A stretch of DNA of 64,000 nt from a virus, in the IMG/VR virus record IMGVR_UViG_3300021961_000038, positions 49,407 to 113,406 of that record; one strand, given 5' to 3'. Below, in pieces: positions 13,201 to 20,875 of this stretch. Within the stretch, counting starts at the first letter, position 1. Each line of letters begins with the position of its first letter. The translations under genes were made by a program, and so were the position numbers. Under the pieces are notes generated by a model. The model saw only the letters and a list, made by a program, of their open reading frames with translations. It was not told where the DNA came from and did no database searches.

Positions 13201-16200
13201 CGGAGCAAAAGTTCAAACTACTATTGATAGCAAGGGAAAGATTACCGGAGTTGAAATTCTAAAAACAGGAAAAAATTATACAACCGGCGAGTTGACGGTT
13301 AGACCATTTAAAGTATTAGTAGATGTTGACGAAACAGCAAACAACTATTGGACAATGTACGAATGGAATTCGTCAACAGAATTGTGGACAAGAACTAATA
13401 CACAAACTTATGATTTATCACGTTTTTGGTCATATGCTGATTTTAAATTACCTACCTTTGATCTAGATACTATTATCAATTACAAAATTTCAGCACCTTA
13501 CCAGTTAGATACTATTGTTCCAACTGTTGGAGATTATGTAAGAATTGAAAACGCAGGCGACGGTAACATTATGATTCTACAACGTGTTGAATCAGGTGGA
13601 AGTTATAACAATGAGTATGAACTTGTTTATAAGCAAAATAGCACAATTAAGTTTAATGAAAACTTATATGACTATTCGTTACTAAATTTTGGGTTTGGTG
13701 GTTTAGAAAATTTTGATATTAACTTGTTTGATGAACAACCAATTACAGAAACTAGATTAATTTTAGATGTAATTCAAAACTATATTTTTGTTGACGAGTT
13801 ACGTCCTAAGTGGAATGATTTGTTCTTCATTGCAATCAAGTACGCAATGAGTGAACAGTTATTTGTTGACTGGGTATTTAAAACAAGTTTTGTTAATATT
13901 AAAAACAACATCGGCGGGTTTAGTAGAAAACTAAACTACAACTTAAACGATCCTGCATATATTGAAGAATATATCAAGGAAGTTAAACCGTACCGTTCGA
14001 GCATTAGAGAATTTATTACTTCATATGAAACGTTAGAACAAAGCAACATTGGTAACACAGACTTTGACTTACCAAGTTACTATAATAGTGAAACTAAAAA
14101 GTTTGAAGTTTTAGATACTAACAGTGTTAAAATATCTGAGCAACCTTATGTTAATTGGTTCGACAACTATCAATATAGTGTTGGAGAAGTAAGAATTAGT
14201 GACTCAGGCGAAGGGTATACACAAAATCCTTTGGTTGTAATAACTGGAGGTAGAGAAGTAAAACCAGATATCTTACAAACCAGTCCTTTCTTAAGTTTGG
14301 TTGATACAGATTATGATGCTACACATTTCTACATCAAGACCAGTAATATTCCTAATCATAATTTTGATTCGGAAAAACTTGAAAGACAAAATTATATTTT
14401 TAAAATTGCTAGAACACCACAACAAGCAACTACTAAGGTTAGCACACAATTAGGTCCTATTGCTGTTGCAACTAACGGAGTTGTTATGTTTAATCCTAAA
14501 GCACTTGAAAAAGAAAATAGAAATGGTGTTGCGTATCAAATTAATGCAGTTGCTAGTCATGTAGAACTTGGTATTGATGACGGGTCGGGTCATGCACAGG
14601 CAGAAGGTGTTTATCATTATCATTCAGATCCTAGATTAATGTATGAAAAAGATAAAACAACACATTCTCCTATTATCGGTTATGCTTTTGATGGACATCC
14701 AATTTATGGTCCATATGCATATGAGAATGTTAGCGGACCTAGTCAAATTAAACTTATACAATCTAGTTACAGATTAAAAACAACACCACGTGCTGATGGC
14801 TCAATACCTAATGGACGTTACATTGAAGATTATGAATATGTTGCAGGTCTAGGTGATCTAGATGAACACAATGGTAGATATACCGTAACACCAGAGTATC
14901 CAAGTGGAACTTATGCTTACTTTGTTACTGTTGATCCTAATGATGTTGATAAAGCAGTATATCCGTATATCATTGGCCCTTCATACTATGGTGTTCCTTT
15001 AATACCAAATGGAAACTACGTATTACCAACAGGTGTACAAGAAGATGCACTTGCTCAAGCATTTATTTCTCGAGGAAAATTAAGAGAAATTAGATTAACC
15101 AAAGAAGGTTCTGGATATACAACAGCACCAACAGTAAGTATTGTTGGCGGCGGTGGATCAGATGATGTTACCAGATTAGCAAAAGCAGTACCTATTCTTA
15201 AAAATAAAAAGGTACGTATTAATACAGTCAAAATGAAGTTTGATAGATTGTCAAGCCAAAAAGTAATTCAAACTTTGAATGCAATTGATACATTTACAGC
15301 GTTACCTGGACAAGTTAAATTTAAATTAACGTATGTACCAACTTTAGATAAACGTAAATTTACAATTGATATCAATAACGAAACAGCATATATTGAAAGT
15401 TATAATATTAGTATTGCAACTAAAGAAAATGCTACCTACAAAGCACAAGAAGGATACATTATCTTTAACACACCTCCAGGCGATGGTGCAGTAGTAACAA
15501 TCACATATCAAAAATCAATTGACCTAATGCAGGCAACTGATAGAATTGATTATTACTATTCTCCAACAGCAGGTATGCCGGGCAAAGATCCAGCACAGTT
15601 AATGTCAGGGGTTGAGTATGATGGAGTACAAATTCAAGGTTTAGAATTTGGTGTAAGTGTGGGTTGGGATGGATTACCTTGGTTTAGTCATGGATGGGAT
15701 ACATTCTCAGGATCAAATACAGATTATGCTTTTAGAGCCGACGGAAACACAAGTACATTTACGCTTCCTTATGTTCCTGCAAATCAAACAAATGTTAATA
15801 TCTACTTTGACGGTGTAAGACAAGATCCAACTAACACTCCAACAATAGTTGGAGATGGAACCACAGACACATATACATTGTTGGTGACTCCAGCAGATGG
15901 TGTTCTAGTTGTGTTTAGACCAGATACTTCAGACGGAAGTTTAGCACCAACTGACGTTAACAATTTAGATACATTATTAAGCGGTGGTACTTTTGCTACT
16001 ACTAACGGAGCATTTAATACAGCAGTTGGTCAGAACCCAGAAGATATTGAACTCGATGGTGATGGATTTGTAACACCAGATACAAGTCATGCTCCAGAAG
16101 AAGTCGTACCAGGACAAGTGTTTGATACATTTTCGATCAAGGTTTATAATTCACCTGCAGATGGTTCACCGATTATTAAAACTAATAGATACTATGCATC

Positions 16201-18187
16201 AGGTACAACTAACGAATTTAATTTTGATCAATTACCAGGAACAGAAGCAAGTATTTTTGTAACTGTTGCAGGTATATATCTAAAAGATTCTGAATATACC
16301 ATTGATTGGGAAAATAAAAAAGTAACACTAGTAACTACACCACAGACAGATGATATGGTTACAGTACAAACTTTAAACATTTCTGGTAGCAAAATATTAG
16401 AAAGAGAAACATTTACAGGTGATGGTTCAACAACAGAATTCTTGTTAACTGCGAAATATGAAGATGTACAAAGTGCTTTCGTTACAGTTAATGGCATAAG
16501 CAAAAATTATGTTTTAAGAAAAGCAAATAACGGATCAGTTATTGTTGACATTTCATATACAGCCGCTTCAGGTGATGCGATACAAATTATTGTGATGACA
16601 ACATCTGAAAAAACATACAGCGAAATTAAAAAAGAACAATTTACATATACTGGTACCACAGAATATACATTGAGTGAACAACCGGCAAATATTGCACCGT
16701 TGCATTCAATGGTCATTGTTGAAGTTACGGATCAGAATACAAATGTAACAAGAAGATTAAGAGCACCAGATACAGTTTACTATGTATCAAACGGTGTAAC
16801 GTTGGATTATCTTGTAAGTCAAAATCCAGAGTATCCAACATTTACACTAGCACTTGGTGAATTGGAAGTTTATCTAAATGGTACTAAGTTAACTGCTATT
16901 GCAGATTATCAATTTGATACAACAACTAACTTGTTAACTTTCTATGATGGAAATTTACAAGCAGGTGATGTAATTGCAATTACAATTCTAAGAAATCATC
17001 AATATGAAATTTCTTTGCAGAATTTAGCAGATAGCAGTAGAGCAAGTTATTTGAATTTAGATGTACCAACACCGTCTCCAATAAATGTAGGTGACGTAAT
17101 TAGTGTAACAACATTTACTAATCATGACACTAACTTAATTAGAAAAGAAGTGTTTGTAGGAAATGTTGGCGGAACATATACGCTTTCAAGAAAAGCAGTT
17201 GATACAAATTATGTTTGGGTAGAACTAGATGGTAAACCTTTAGTAGGAGATGTTGACTATAAAGTACTAGATGATAGACAAACATTCTATATAGATGATA
17301 AATTTGAACAGTTACCAACAAGTAGAGTTGTTGCAATGACATTTAGTGAAGAAATATCTTATGATGCGGTTGGTTATCATGTGTTCAAAGATATGATTAA
17401 TAGGGTTCACTTCAAACGTATTAGTGAGCAAGACAGAACTAAACTTACGGCTGTGTTAAACAAAAATGACAAAGAAATTAAACTTGCCGATGCTAGTTTC
17501 TTACCAAAACCAAGCAAACAAAGAAAAATTCCAGGCGTGGTGTTTATTGATAGAGAACGTATTGAATACTACGAAAAAGATGGTAATACACTAAAACAAA
17601 TTACCAGAGGTACATTAGGAACAGGTGTAAAAGACACATATCCTATTGGAACGTCAGTTGAAGATGCTTCAGTTAATCAAACATTACCATATACTGATAC
17701 AACAAACGTTTATGAAAGTATTATACGCCCAGGATTACCAAACGGTAGACAAATTCATGTGTTAGAAACTATTAACATTGCTTCTGGAGTACAAGCACAT
17801 GATCAAGTTGAAGTGTACTTGGGTGGTAGAAAACTACAAAAACCAACTGCAACTGTTAATCCTATTAAAAAGCATGACATTGAGATTGCTTATGATAGCG
17901 ATGAAACTAACAGTTTAGGTGTTGCAAGTGATGTAGTACAAACTCCAGAATTTACCATTGAGCCAGTAGGAGATAGTACAGGTAAAGGGTATTATAAATT
18001 AGTATTACGAGATGAACCTCAAGACGGTTTAGAACTAAAAGTAGTTCAAAAACAAGGAAGAATTTGGTACGAGCAAGGGGTAGGAACCGCGTCAAACGGT
18101 GCCACACTGCAAAGGGCAGAAACTAAAGAGGCTAAGTTCTTACTAGAGAGAACCTCTGGTTTACCTGTAATAAATATTAAGGAATAA
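4271..18187 (+). CDS. giant baseplate wedge/structural protein (gp7-like position) with cupredoxin-like, CBM5/12-like, FG-GAP propeller and YHYH domains
   Basis: 4638-aa ORF after gp6. Motifs: HPFYL...YYVCGRHQSMQG; repeated FGxSVA...LxVGAP; YHYHSDP...HSPIIGYAFDGHPIYGPY...DLDEHNGR; YIKEVKPYRSSIRE. Confidence 0.75.
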   Translation: MAYSEDNQTPISVENKDKHRNSADLLPLYFRTEANKKFLGATLDSLISKGNLERLNGYVGSRYSKNSKPSDVYIPEPTNNRRRYNFLPSVVIRDDFADKTEWVATYDDLINQINYFNGETTNHSRLTSSDYYVWNPLIDFDKFVNYRQYYWLPNGPSPVTVTGNSEGTTSTFQVTNSGNEAWVFTPNGFSKNPILTLYRGATYVFDVNAVGHPFYLKVSKQIGAVDQYNDGVQNNGTEVGVVTFTVPSSAPDTLYYVCGRHQSMQGFFEIKNAEEELTVNINTEILGKKEYTSANGVKFTNGLKVNFEGEVTPTTYKNRNFYVEGVGDKIKLIPEDQLRTPEIYSSNFDYEFDVEEYDDTPFDDVESYPTKQEYITINRSAQDKNPWSRYNRWVHKDVIEASATYNNTVIVLDENQRAKRPIIEFNPNIKLHNFASYGRDYIDLIDTRTTDVMSDVEGSIGYYVDEVILKKGMRIIFNADPDITVKGKIYEVDFVEFEGKSRVHLEEVYTPVVGDGVVVVDGEGNQGKSWFYNGTTWIQGQQKTSLNQAPKFDLFDKAGNSYSDETYYSGTTFKGNELVSYKVGSGSNDVILGFPISYQNVNNVGDIVFEFDWDDNTFNFTDNTTIKTVDTASGYVKIFSDATTSRYEGGWLKAKQKTRQGIIQLNDIEQATNTLQIVCIDNPHLYLNDMEITIEFNDKVYKPTTDFNLITNEVTNTVSLVFSSVTIPANTRTVLKVHTKQKPNANGFYEPPLNLTNNAENNDLTTFTLGSISDHFKTIFENNVNITGEAFGPNNSRDLTNIHVSGLRYVKHGGSLLNSIFSLVDYDTNLIKAIRKQAKDYNFFKEQFLVKGLELELSGNVSNDVDDILYAMSLDKKISSPYYYSDMAGFGKKVSIREYTKSAPTQQVFGLDSNFKISELSNRSIYVYVNDQQLYYGQDYEFDPVDNGVTILKKTAVGDKITIKDYDTVGNVIPQTPTKLGLYPKFKPEIYTDTSYVTPREMLKGHDGSITATYGDVRDDLLLEFEKRIYNNIKVSYNRDVFDINEYIPGAFRDTEYSLEEFTRIMRNDFGSWASLYQVDITTNNVTDVDNLFTINYNSTLDTINNELLPGYWKGIYNKFYGTWRPNIAPWECLGFSEKPDWWESEYGPAPYTSGNKKLWDDIQLGRIRYKTGEQINPVYARSKLSSIIPVNEYGDLLDPVRVGIVGELNNATLTRDFVFGDFHPAEISWRTSSWYPYALQIALALTKPAQYLGSLFDTSQNEIAPSGSLLYKSSGKILDLTDAKIHTLDYNNVKHFGLGYHVFVVEYLKSLDKPVSESYYTKISKTSMNLVYKLGGFAAKSRLRVLLESSNPDSKETSIFLPAENYELKFRTSNPVKSSKLSGIIVEKTERGYLVRGYDNLQPYFTVYDPIHQKDDPVINVGGTSAKYVLWTREKFYGIGQIVESGGRYYRCKEQHTSTNEFDPSKFTTLPNLPLTGGAEVQKPRRWKTKSKVVPYGTTYQKIQDVYDLILGYGKWLEDEGFIFDKYLSELLEIQNWEFSGKEFLFWTTQGWSSNSVIALAPFADGIKFSFSAGQVDNVLNSFYDYTILTASGSILPRDQFSTTRQDGAFTIRPRDTNNGIYFIQLNLVQKEHVIVFDDKSQFGDILYDQEAGYRAKRIKLLGFKTSEWNGDYYSPGFIYDEAQITDWLQFKDYYLGEVVRYKSVYYSAKKFIPGVDKFEINDWIYLGTKPIAELLPNLDYKASSFEDFYSLESENFDVNQTKFAQHLVGYQKRTYLDNLIQDETTQYKFYQGFIKEKGTKNSIEKIQRLRIEGVDTNIDIDEEWAFKVGSLGSNSTVKEIEFALDETLNVDNPQGYDFVSQRSTGTTSSNIIKLLSKDIAVKPSDYNNNPWPLYDRSVSENTIDYLQKLPVAGTPRLDDVTITLFNYDDIIGNAVVNSLKEGDTIWLAKNKRKDWDVLRLTGLRSRLTQTENKTPSIDGNGIVTLYTDLPHGLSQGSIISIKDFDPLIDNVYEVNSVLSSDTFTIRTDYDTLPLQSDSSTGSLLEFVSIRLANIDDLNDLKEVTEFAVGSKVFADSDSNGNWGVYEKSTAFVRNKFGCVNNIPDQSFGQTVISGDSGRLIVVGATQGGDEGNVYILRRKFNTDISTLEGVQGFALSANALDNLVDGRPKFGWSLALSQTDTHLVAGAPFASNFRSTSDSNKPKFFFGATGSAVQGSVKSGVIKVLKYNTLTNLYDTEYVLGSPDPQSNAEFGYSVAISDTRLLVGAPGQTGDQGNVFIFEKVNDDWRVATNYKLGFSNARSGDRFGEIIASSKDLSTIAVSASGYEVNEDSTYDISEGAVHIYTYNTSTSSYDLLQSLTASTLGLGITTGDQFGRAISLNDDGTVLVVGTPYSDIKTNNNGAVYYFKKSGNTFVLDQVILSPEKLLGERFGTNISLNSAGDSFVVYAEGGRNETETVFDQYITPNNPASGENDFPTTFDANTTKITDFTQATGTVYSYTKLGTKFVFGQKLVSYDISTNDGFGQGLDYSTNSVLIGAPQGNLDTGEQTGTLYVYQKEKTAGWNLLRQETEFTNPYKIKNVFTYDTTKSEVKDYLEVLDPAKGKIPFLAEAELSYKTNVDPAIYSVSDKNVNVNENKPWTDEHVGELWWDLDSVRYVYYEQGDTEFRTNNWGTLFPGSSIDIYEWIESDILPSEWNEIADTNEGIAIGFSGQARYDNNTLAVKRVYNSTTNSFQTRYYYWVKNSVIVPDENNKRRIPAIEVANIITNPIAYGIKSLQVLSKNSISLSNIKTTLADKNVSIAIYYSNVETDLPEHNEWLLLRNNQTAKIDHSLLIKKLYDSLVGFDDQGNAVPDPNLPAQRKYGLQIRPRQSMFKDRLQALKVVLTFVNQVMTGERIVDTKNISKLRQNDPQPTAISGKYDVKVDNFSDIELIGTQELIQGKLSPVFKNGRLSKVNIVTQGFGYKIAPEVVIVGDGSGAKVQTTIDSKGKITGVEILKTGKNYTTGELTVRPFKVLVDVDETANNYWTMYEWNSSTELWTRTNTQTYDLSRFWSYADFKLPTFDLDTIINYKISAPYQLDTIVPTVGDYVRIENAGDGNIMILQRVESGGSYNNEYELVYKQNSTIKFNENLYDYSLLNFGFGGLENFDINLFDEQPITETRLILDVIQNYIFVDELRPKWNDLFFIAIKYAMSEQLFVDWVFKTSFVNIKNNIGGFSRKLNYNLNDPAYIEEYIKEVKPYRSSIREFITSYETLEQSNIGNTDFDLPSYYNSETKKFEVLDTNSVKISEQPYVNWFDNYQYSVGEVRISDSGEGYTQNPLVVITGGREVKPDILQTSPFLSLVDTDYDATHFYIKTSNIPNHNFDSEKLERQNYIFKIARTPQQATTKVSTQLGPIAVATNGVVMFNPKALEKENRNGVAYQINAVASHVELGIDDGSGHAQAEGVYHYHSDPRLMYEKDKTTHSPIIGYAFDGHPIYGPYAYENVSGPSQIKLIQSSYRLKTTPRADGSIPNGRYIEDYEYVAGLGDLDEHNGRYTVTPEYPSGTYAYFVTVDPNDVDKAVYPYIIGPSYYGVPLIPNGNYVLPTGVQEDALAQAFISRGKLREIRLTKEGSGYTTAPTVSIVGGGGSDDVTRLAKAVPILKNKKVRINTVKMKFDRLSSQKVIQTLNAIDTFTALPGQVKFKLTYVPTLDKRKFTIDINNETAYIESYNISIATKENATYKAQEGYIIFNTPPGDGAVVTITYQKSIDLMQATDRIDYYYSPTAGMPGKDPAQLMSGVEYDGVQIQGLEFGVSVGWDGLPWFSHGWDTFSGSNTDYAFRADGNTSTFTLPYVPANQTNVNIYFDGVRQDPTNTPTIVGDGTTDTYTLLVTPADGVLVVFRPDTSDGSLAPTDVNNLDTLLSGGTFATTNGAFNTAVGQNPEDIELDGDGFVTPDTSHAPEEVVPGQVFDTFSIKVYNSPADGSPIIKTNRYYASGTTNEFNFDQLPGTEASIFVTVAGIYLKDSEYTIDWENKKVTLVTTPQTDDMVTVQTLNISGSKILERETFTGDGSTTEFLLTAKYEDVQSAFVTVNGISKNYVLRKANNGSVIVDISYTAASGDAIQIIVMTTSEKTYSEIKKEQFTYTGTTEYTLSEQPANIAPLHSMVIVEVTDQNTNVTRRLRAPDTVYYVSNGVTLDYLVSQNPEYPTFTLALGELEVYLNGTKLTAIADYQFDTTTNLLTFYDGNLQAGDVIAITILRNHQYEISLQNLADSSRASYLNLDVPTPSPINVGDVISVTTFTNHDTNLIRKEVFVGNVGGTYTLSRKAVDTNYVWVELDGKPLVGDVDYKVLDDRQTFYIDDKFEQLPTSRVVAMTFSEEISYDAVGYHVFKDMINRVHFKRISEQDRTKLTAVLNKNDKEIKLADASFLPKPSKQRKIPGVVFIDRERIEYYEKDGNTLKQITRGTLGTGVKDTYPIGTSVEDASVNQTLPYTDTTNVYESIIRPGLPNGRQIHVLETINIASGVQAHDQVEVYLGGRKLQKPTATVNPIKKHDIEIAYDSDETNSLGVASDVVQTPEFTIEPVGDSTGKGYYKLVLRDEPQDGLELKVVQKQGRIWYEQGVGTASNGATLQRAETKEAKFLLERTSGLPVINIKE

Positions 18188-18191
18188 CGAT

Positions 18192-18854
18192 ATGTCTAAC
18201 AACGAAAACAGTAAGGATAATAAGGTGCAAACAGAAAGCAAAAAACCTAATGAAAACTCAGGAGTAATGATGGAGGGTCACATTAAGATATTTGATCCAG
18301 AAACTAAAGAAGTTTTTATAGATAAGCGTAATGCTATCCATTATGAAAACATGAGTATTTCACTAGCAGAATCGCTAGGTAATGAAGGCAAAGGTAACAT
18401 TGTAGAAATGGCCTTTGGTAATGGCGGTACTACTGTTGATCCTACAGGTATTATTACATATCTAACACCAAACAATGCTGGTGTTAATGCTTCCTTATAC
18501 AATCAAACTTATTACAAAACTGTTGATGATAATAACACAAACAATACAGATCCTGCACGTAACTTTATTGAAACTAGACATACATTAGGTACAACATATA
18601 CAGATATTTTAATCAGTTGTTTGCTTGACTACGGTGAACCTACCGGACAACAAGCGTTTGACAACTCAACAGACATGGATGGTAATTATGTGTTTGATGA
18701 ATTAGGACTTAAAGCCTATTCACCAAGCGGTGCTAATCAAGGAAGATTATTAACACACGTTATCTTCCACCCTGTACAAAAAAGTTTAAACAGATTAATA
18801 CAGATTGATTACACAATTAGAATTCAAAGTTTGACAAACATAAGTGAGATTTAA
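18192..18854 (+). CDS. conserved virion/baseplate protein
   Basis: 220 aa, follows the giant wedge gene in the structural operon; MAFGNGG and FDELGL motifs resemble baseplate/fibre-anchoring proteins. Confidence 0.55.
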   Translation: MSNNENSKDNKVQTESKKPNENSGVMMEGHIKIFDPETKEVFIDKRNAIHYENMSISLAESLGNEGKGNIVEMAFGNGGTTVDPTGIITYLTPNNAGVNASLYNQTYYKTVDDNNTNNTDPARNFIETRHTLGTTYTDILISCLLDYGEPTGQQAFDNSTDMDGNYVFDELGLKAYSPSGANQGRLLTHVIFHPVQKSLNRLIQIDYTIRIQSLTNISEI

Positions 18855-18856
18855 GA

Positions 18857-20875
18857 ATGGCTTATACCGTTAATTTTTCTAACTCAGTACAAAAGACACC
18901 TATAGTTGTTGATGACAACAGTAGAAATACTTCTGATACATCATTAACACTAATTGGTCGTAATGAACCTAGTTACGGTCAGGCTATTGCTGAAAATTTT
19001 GTACGTGTTTTAGAAAATTTTGCAAACGACACACCACCTAACAACCCAATTGAAGGTCAGTTATGGTTTGATAGTGGTACGAACAGATTAAGAATAAATG
19101 ATTCAACAGCAGGTGCAAGTAATTGGAGACCAGCAGGCGGTGTTCATGTTGAAGCAGTTGAACCAAGCAATCCGTTAAAAGGAGATGTTTGGGTAGATAC
19201 AACAAACAATCAACTTTATCTTTATACTGGTGCACAGTTTCAATTAGTTGGACCTAACTTTGCTGGAGGTTTACAATCAGGTGCACAAGCCGAAGAAGTT
19301 ATTGACACCAAAGGTGTAACACACACTGTTATTAAAAATTATGTAGCAGACAAAGTTGTAACTATTATTTCAAAAGATCAATTTATTCCAAGACAGGTAA
19401 TTGAAGGTTTCTCAGAATTATATCCTGGAGTTAATATTTCTGCAACAGACTTTGACGGTAATGGTATAGTTCTTAACAAACTTCATGCAACAGCAACAAA
19501 GGCAGATGCGTTAAATGTAACACAACCTTCTATTGAAGTTGTAAATGCAAATAATTTTTTAAGAAGTGACATTACAGACACAACAAGCGGACAATTATAT
19601 ATTAGAAATGACGGCGGATTAACTATTGGATCAAACCAATCAGGAACATTTGAGTATGCGGGTACTTCTAATTCTATTGTGTTGAAAAATAGTGATATTG
19701 ACGGAAACATTGATTTTAAAGTTTATCCAGACCTAGACAAAGTAGTTAAAACAGTTTTACGTATTGAAGGTAGAAATAAAAGAGTAGGTATTAATAACTT
19801 ATCGCCAACAGTTGATTTAGATGTTACAGGTGCAGGTCATTTTTCAGATTCATTGATTGTAAGTTCAACTACTAATGTTGATACAACTCTAGTAGCAGGT
19901 AACACAGGTGCTTTAAGAGTAGCAGGTGGTATGGGTGTTGGAGCAGGTTTACAAGTAGGTGGAAATGCTACCTTTGAAGGACATTTAGTTTTAGGTGAAA
20001 TTGGTGGCGGTGGTGGTATTGCTATATTACCAAGAACAACTAATAACCTAACAATCGGGGGTGACCCAGGTGACGGTAATGGAATAAGAAGATTTTCAAA
20101 TATCTATTCTGAAACATTTACAGGAAGACTTGTTGGTACAATGGTTGGTGATGTAAATGGTAATGTTAATGGTACAGCAGATAGATTAGTTGCATCAACA
20201 GTATTTAAAATTGGCGGCCATGTTGCAGATTCAACAGGATTCAGTTTCGACGGACAAACAGGCGGATCAATAAAAACATTTAATGTGTCTTTAACACAAG
20301 ATGCTATTACAGATCAAGGTGAAGTTTCAAATACAGCAGTTGACGACTTTGTATTAGTTGCCAGAGATGGTGCTGGATTAAAGAAAATATCTTATCAAAA
20401 CTTCTTTACAGGTGCGGCAACTGTACCAATTGGTGCTATTATGCCTTACGCAGGTGCTACTGCACCAACAGGATATTTGTTATGTGATGGATCAGAAGTT
20501 CCTGTTGCTGTGTTTAACGATTTATATAATGTTATTGGTAACACATATGGTACAGGTATTAATCCTGCAACCTTTAAACTTCCAGACTTACGTGGTAGAT
20601 TTGCACTAGGTAAGGATAATATGGACAATAACAGAACTGTTCAGGATACAAATAACTTACCTGTTGATGCAGGTGGCGGTGTTGCTGGACGAGTAACTGA
20701 CACTAATGCACAATCACTTGCAGGTTCAGGCGGACGTGAGATTATTACTACTACAAGTTCAGCAGTTGGTACTGGATCACAATTACCTGGAGGTTCGGGT
20801 GCTGGTGCGTATACACAATTGAACGTAATGAATCCGTTCTTAACGGTAAATTACATTATAAGGGCGAATCCATAA
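18857..20875 (+). CDS. tail fibre protein 1 with C-terminal tail-collar domain
   Basis: Shared fibre N-terminus (LIGRN..YG...ENFV..LENFA...GQLWFD); PIGAIMPYAG..GYLLCDG...FKLPDLRGRF collar motif. Confidence 0.8.
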   Translation: MAYTVNFSNSVQKTPIVVDDNSRNTSDTSLTLIGRNEPSYGQAIAENFVRVLENFANDTPPNNPIEGQLWFDSGTNRLRINDSTAGASNWRPAGGVHVEAVEPSNPLKGDVWVDTTNNQLYLYTGAQFQLVGPNFAGGLQSGAQAEEVIDTKGVTHTVIKNYVADKVVTIISKDQFIPRQVIEGFSELYPGVNISATDFDGNGIVLNKLHATATKADALNVTQPSIEVVNANNFLRSDITDTTSGQLYIRNDGGLTIGSNQSGTFEYAGTSNSIVLKNSDIDGNIDFKVYPDLDKVVKTVLRIEGRNKRVGINNLSPTVDLDVTGAGHFSDSLIVSSTTNVDTTLVAGNTGALRVAGGMGVGAGLQVGGNATFEGHLVLGEIGGGGGIAILPRTTNNLTIGGDPGDGNGIRRFSNIYSETFTGRLVGTMVGDVNGNVNGTADRLVASTVFKIGGHVADSTGFSFDGQTGGSIKTFNVSLTQDAITDQGEVSNTAVDDFVLVARDGAGLKKISYQNFFTGAATVPIGAIMPYAGATAPTGYLLCDGSEVPVAVFNDLYNVIGNTYGTGINPATFKLPDLRGRFALGKDNMDNNRTVQDTNNLPVDAGGGVAGRVTDTNAQSLAGSGGREIITTTSSAVGTGSQLPGGSGAGAYTQLNVMNPFLTVNYIIRANP

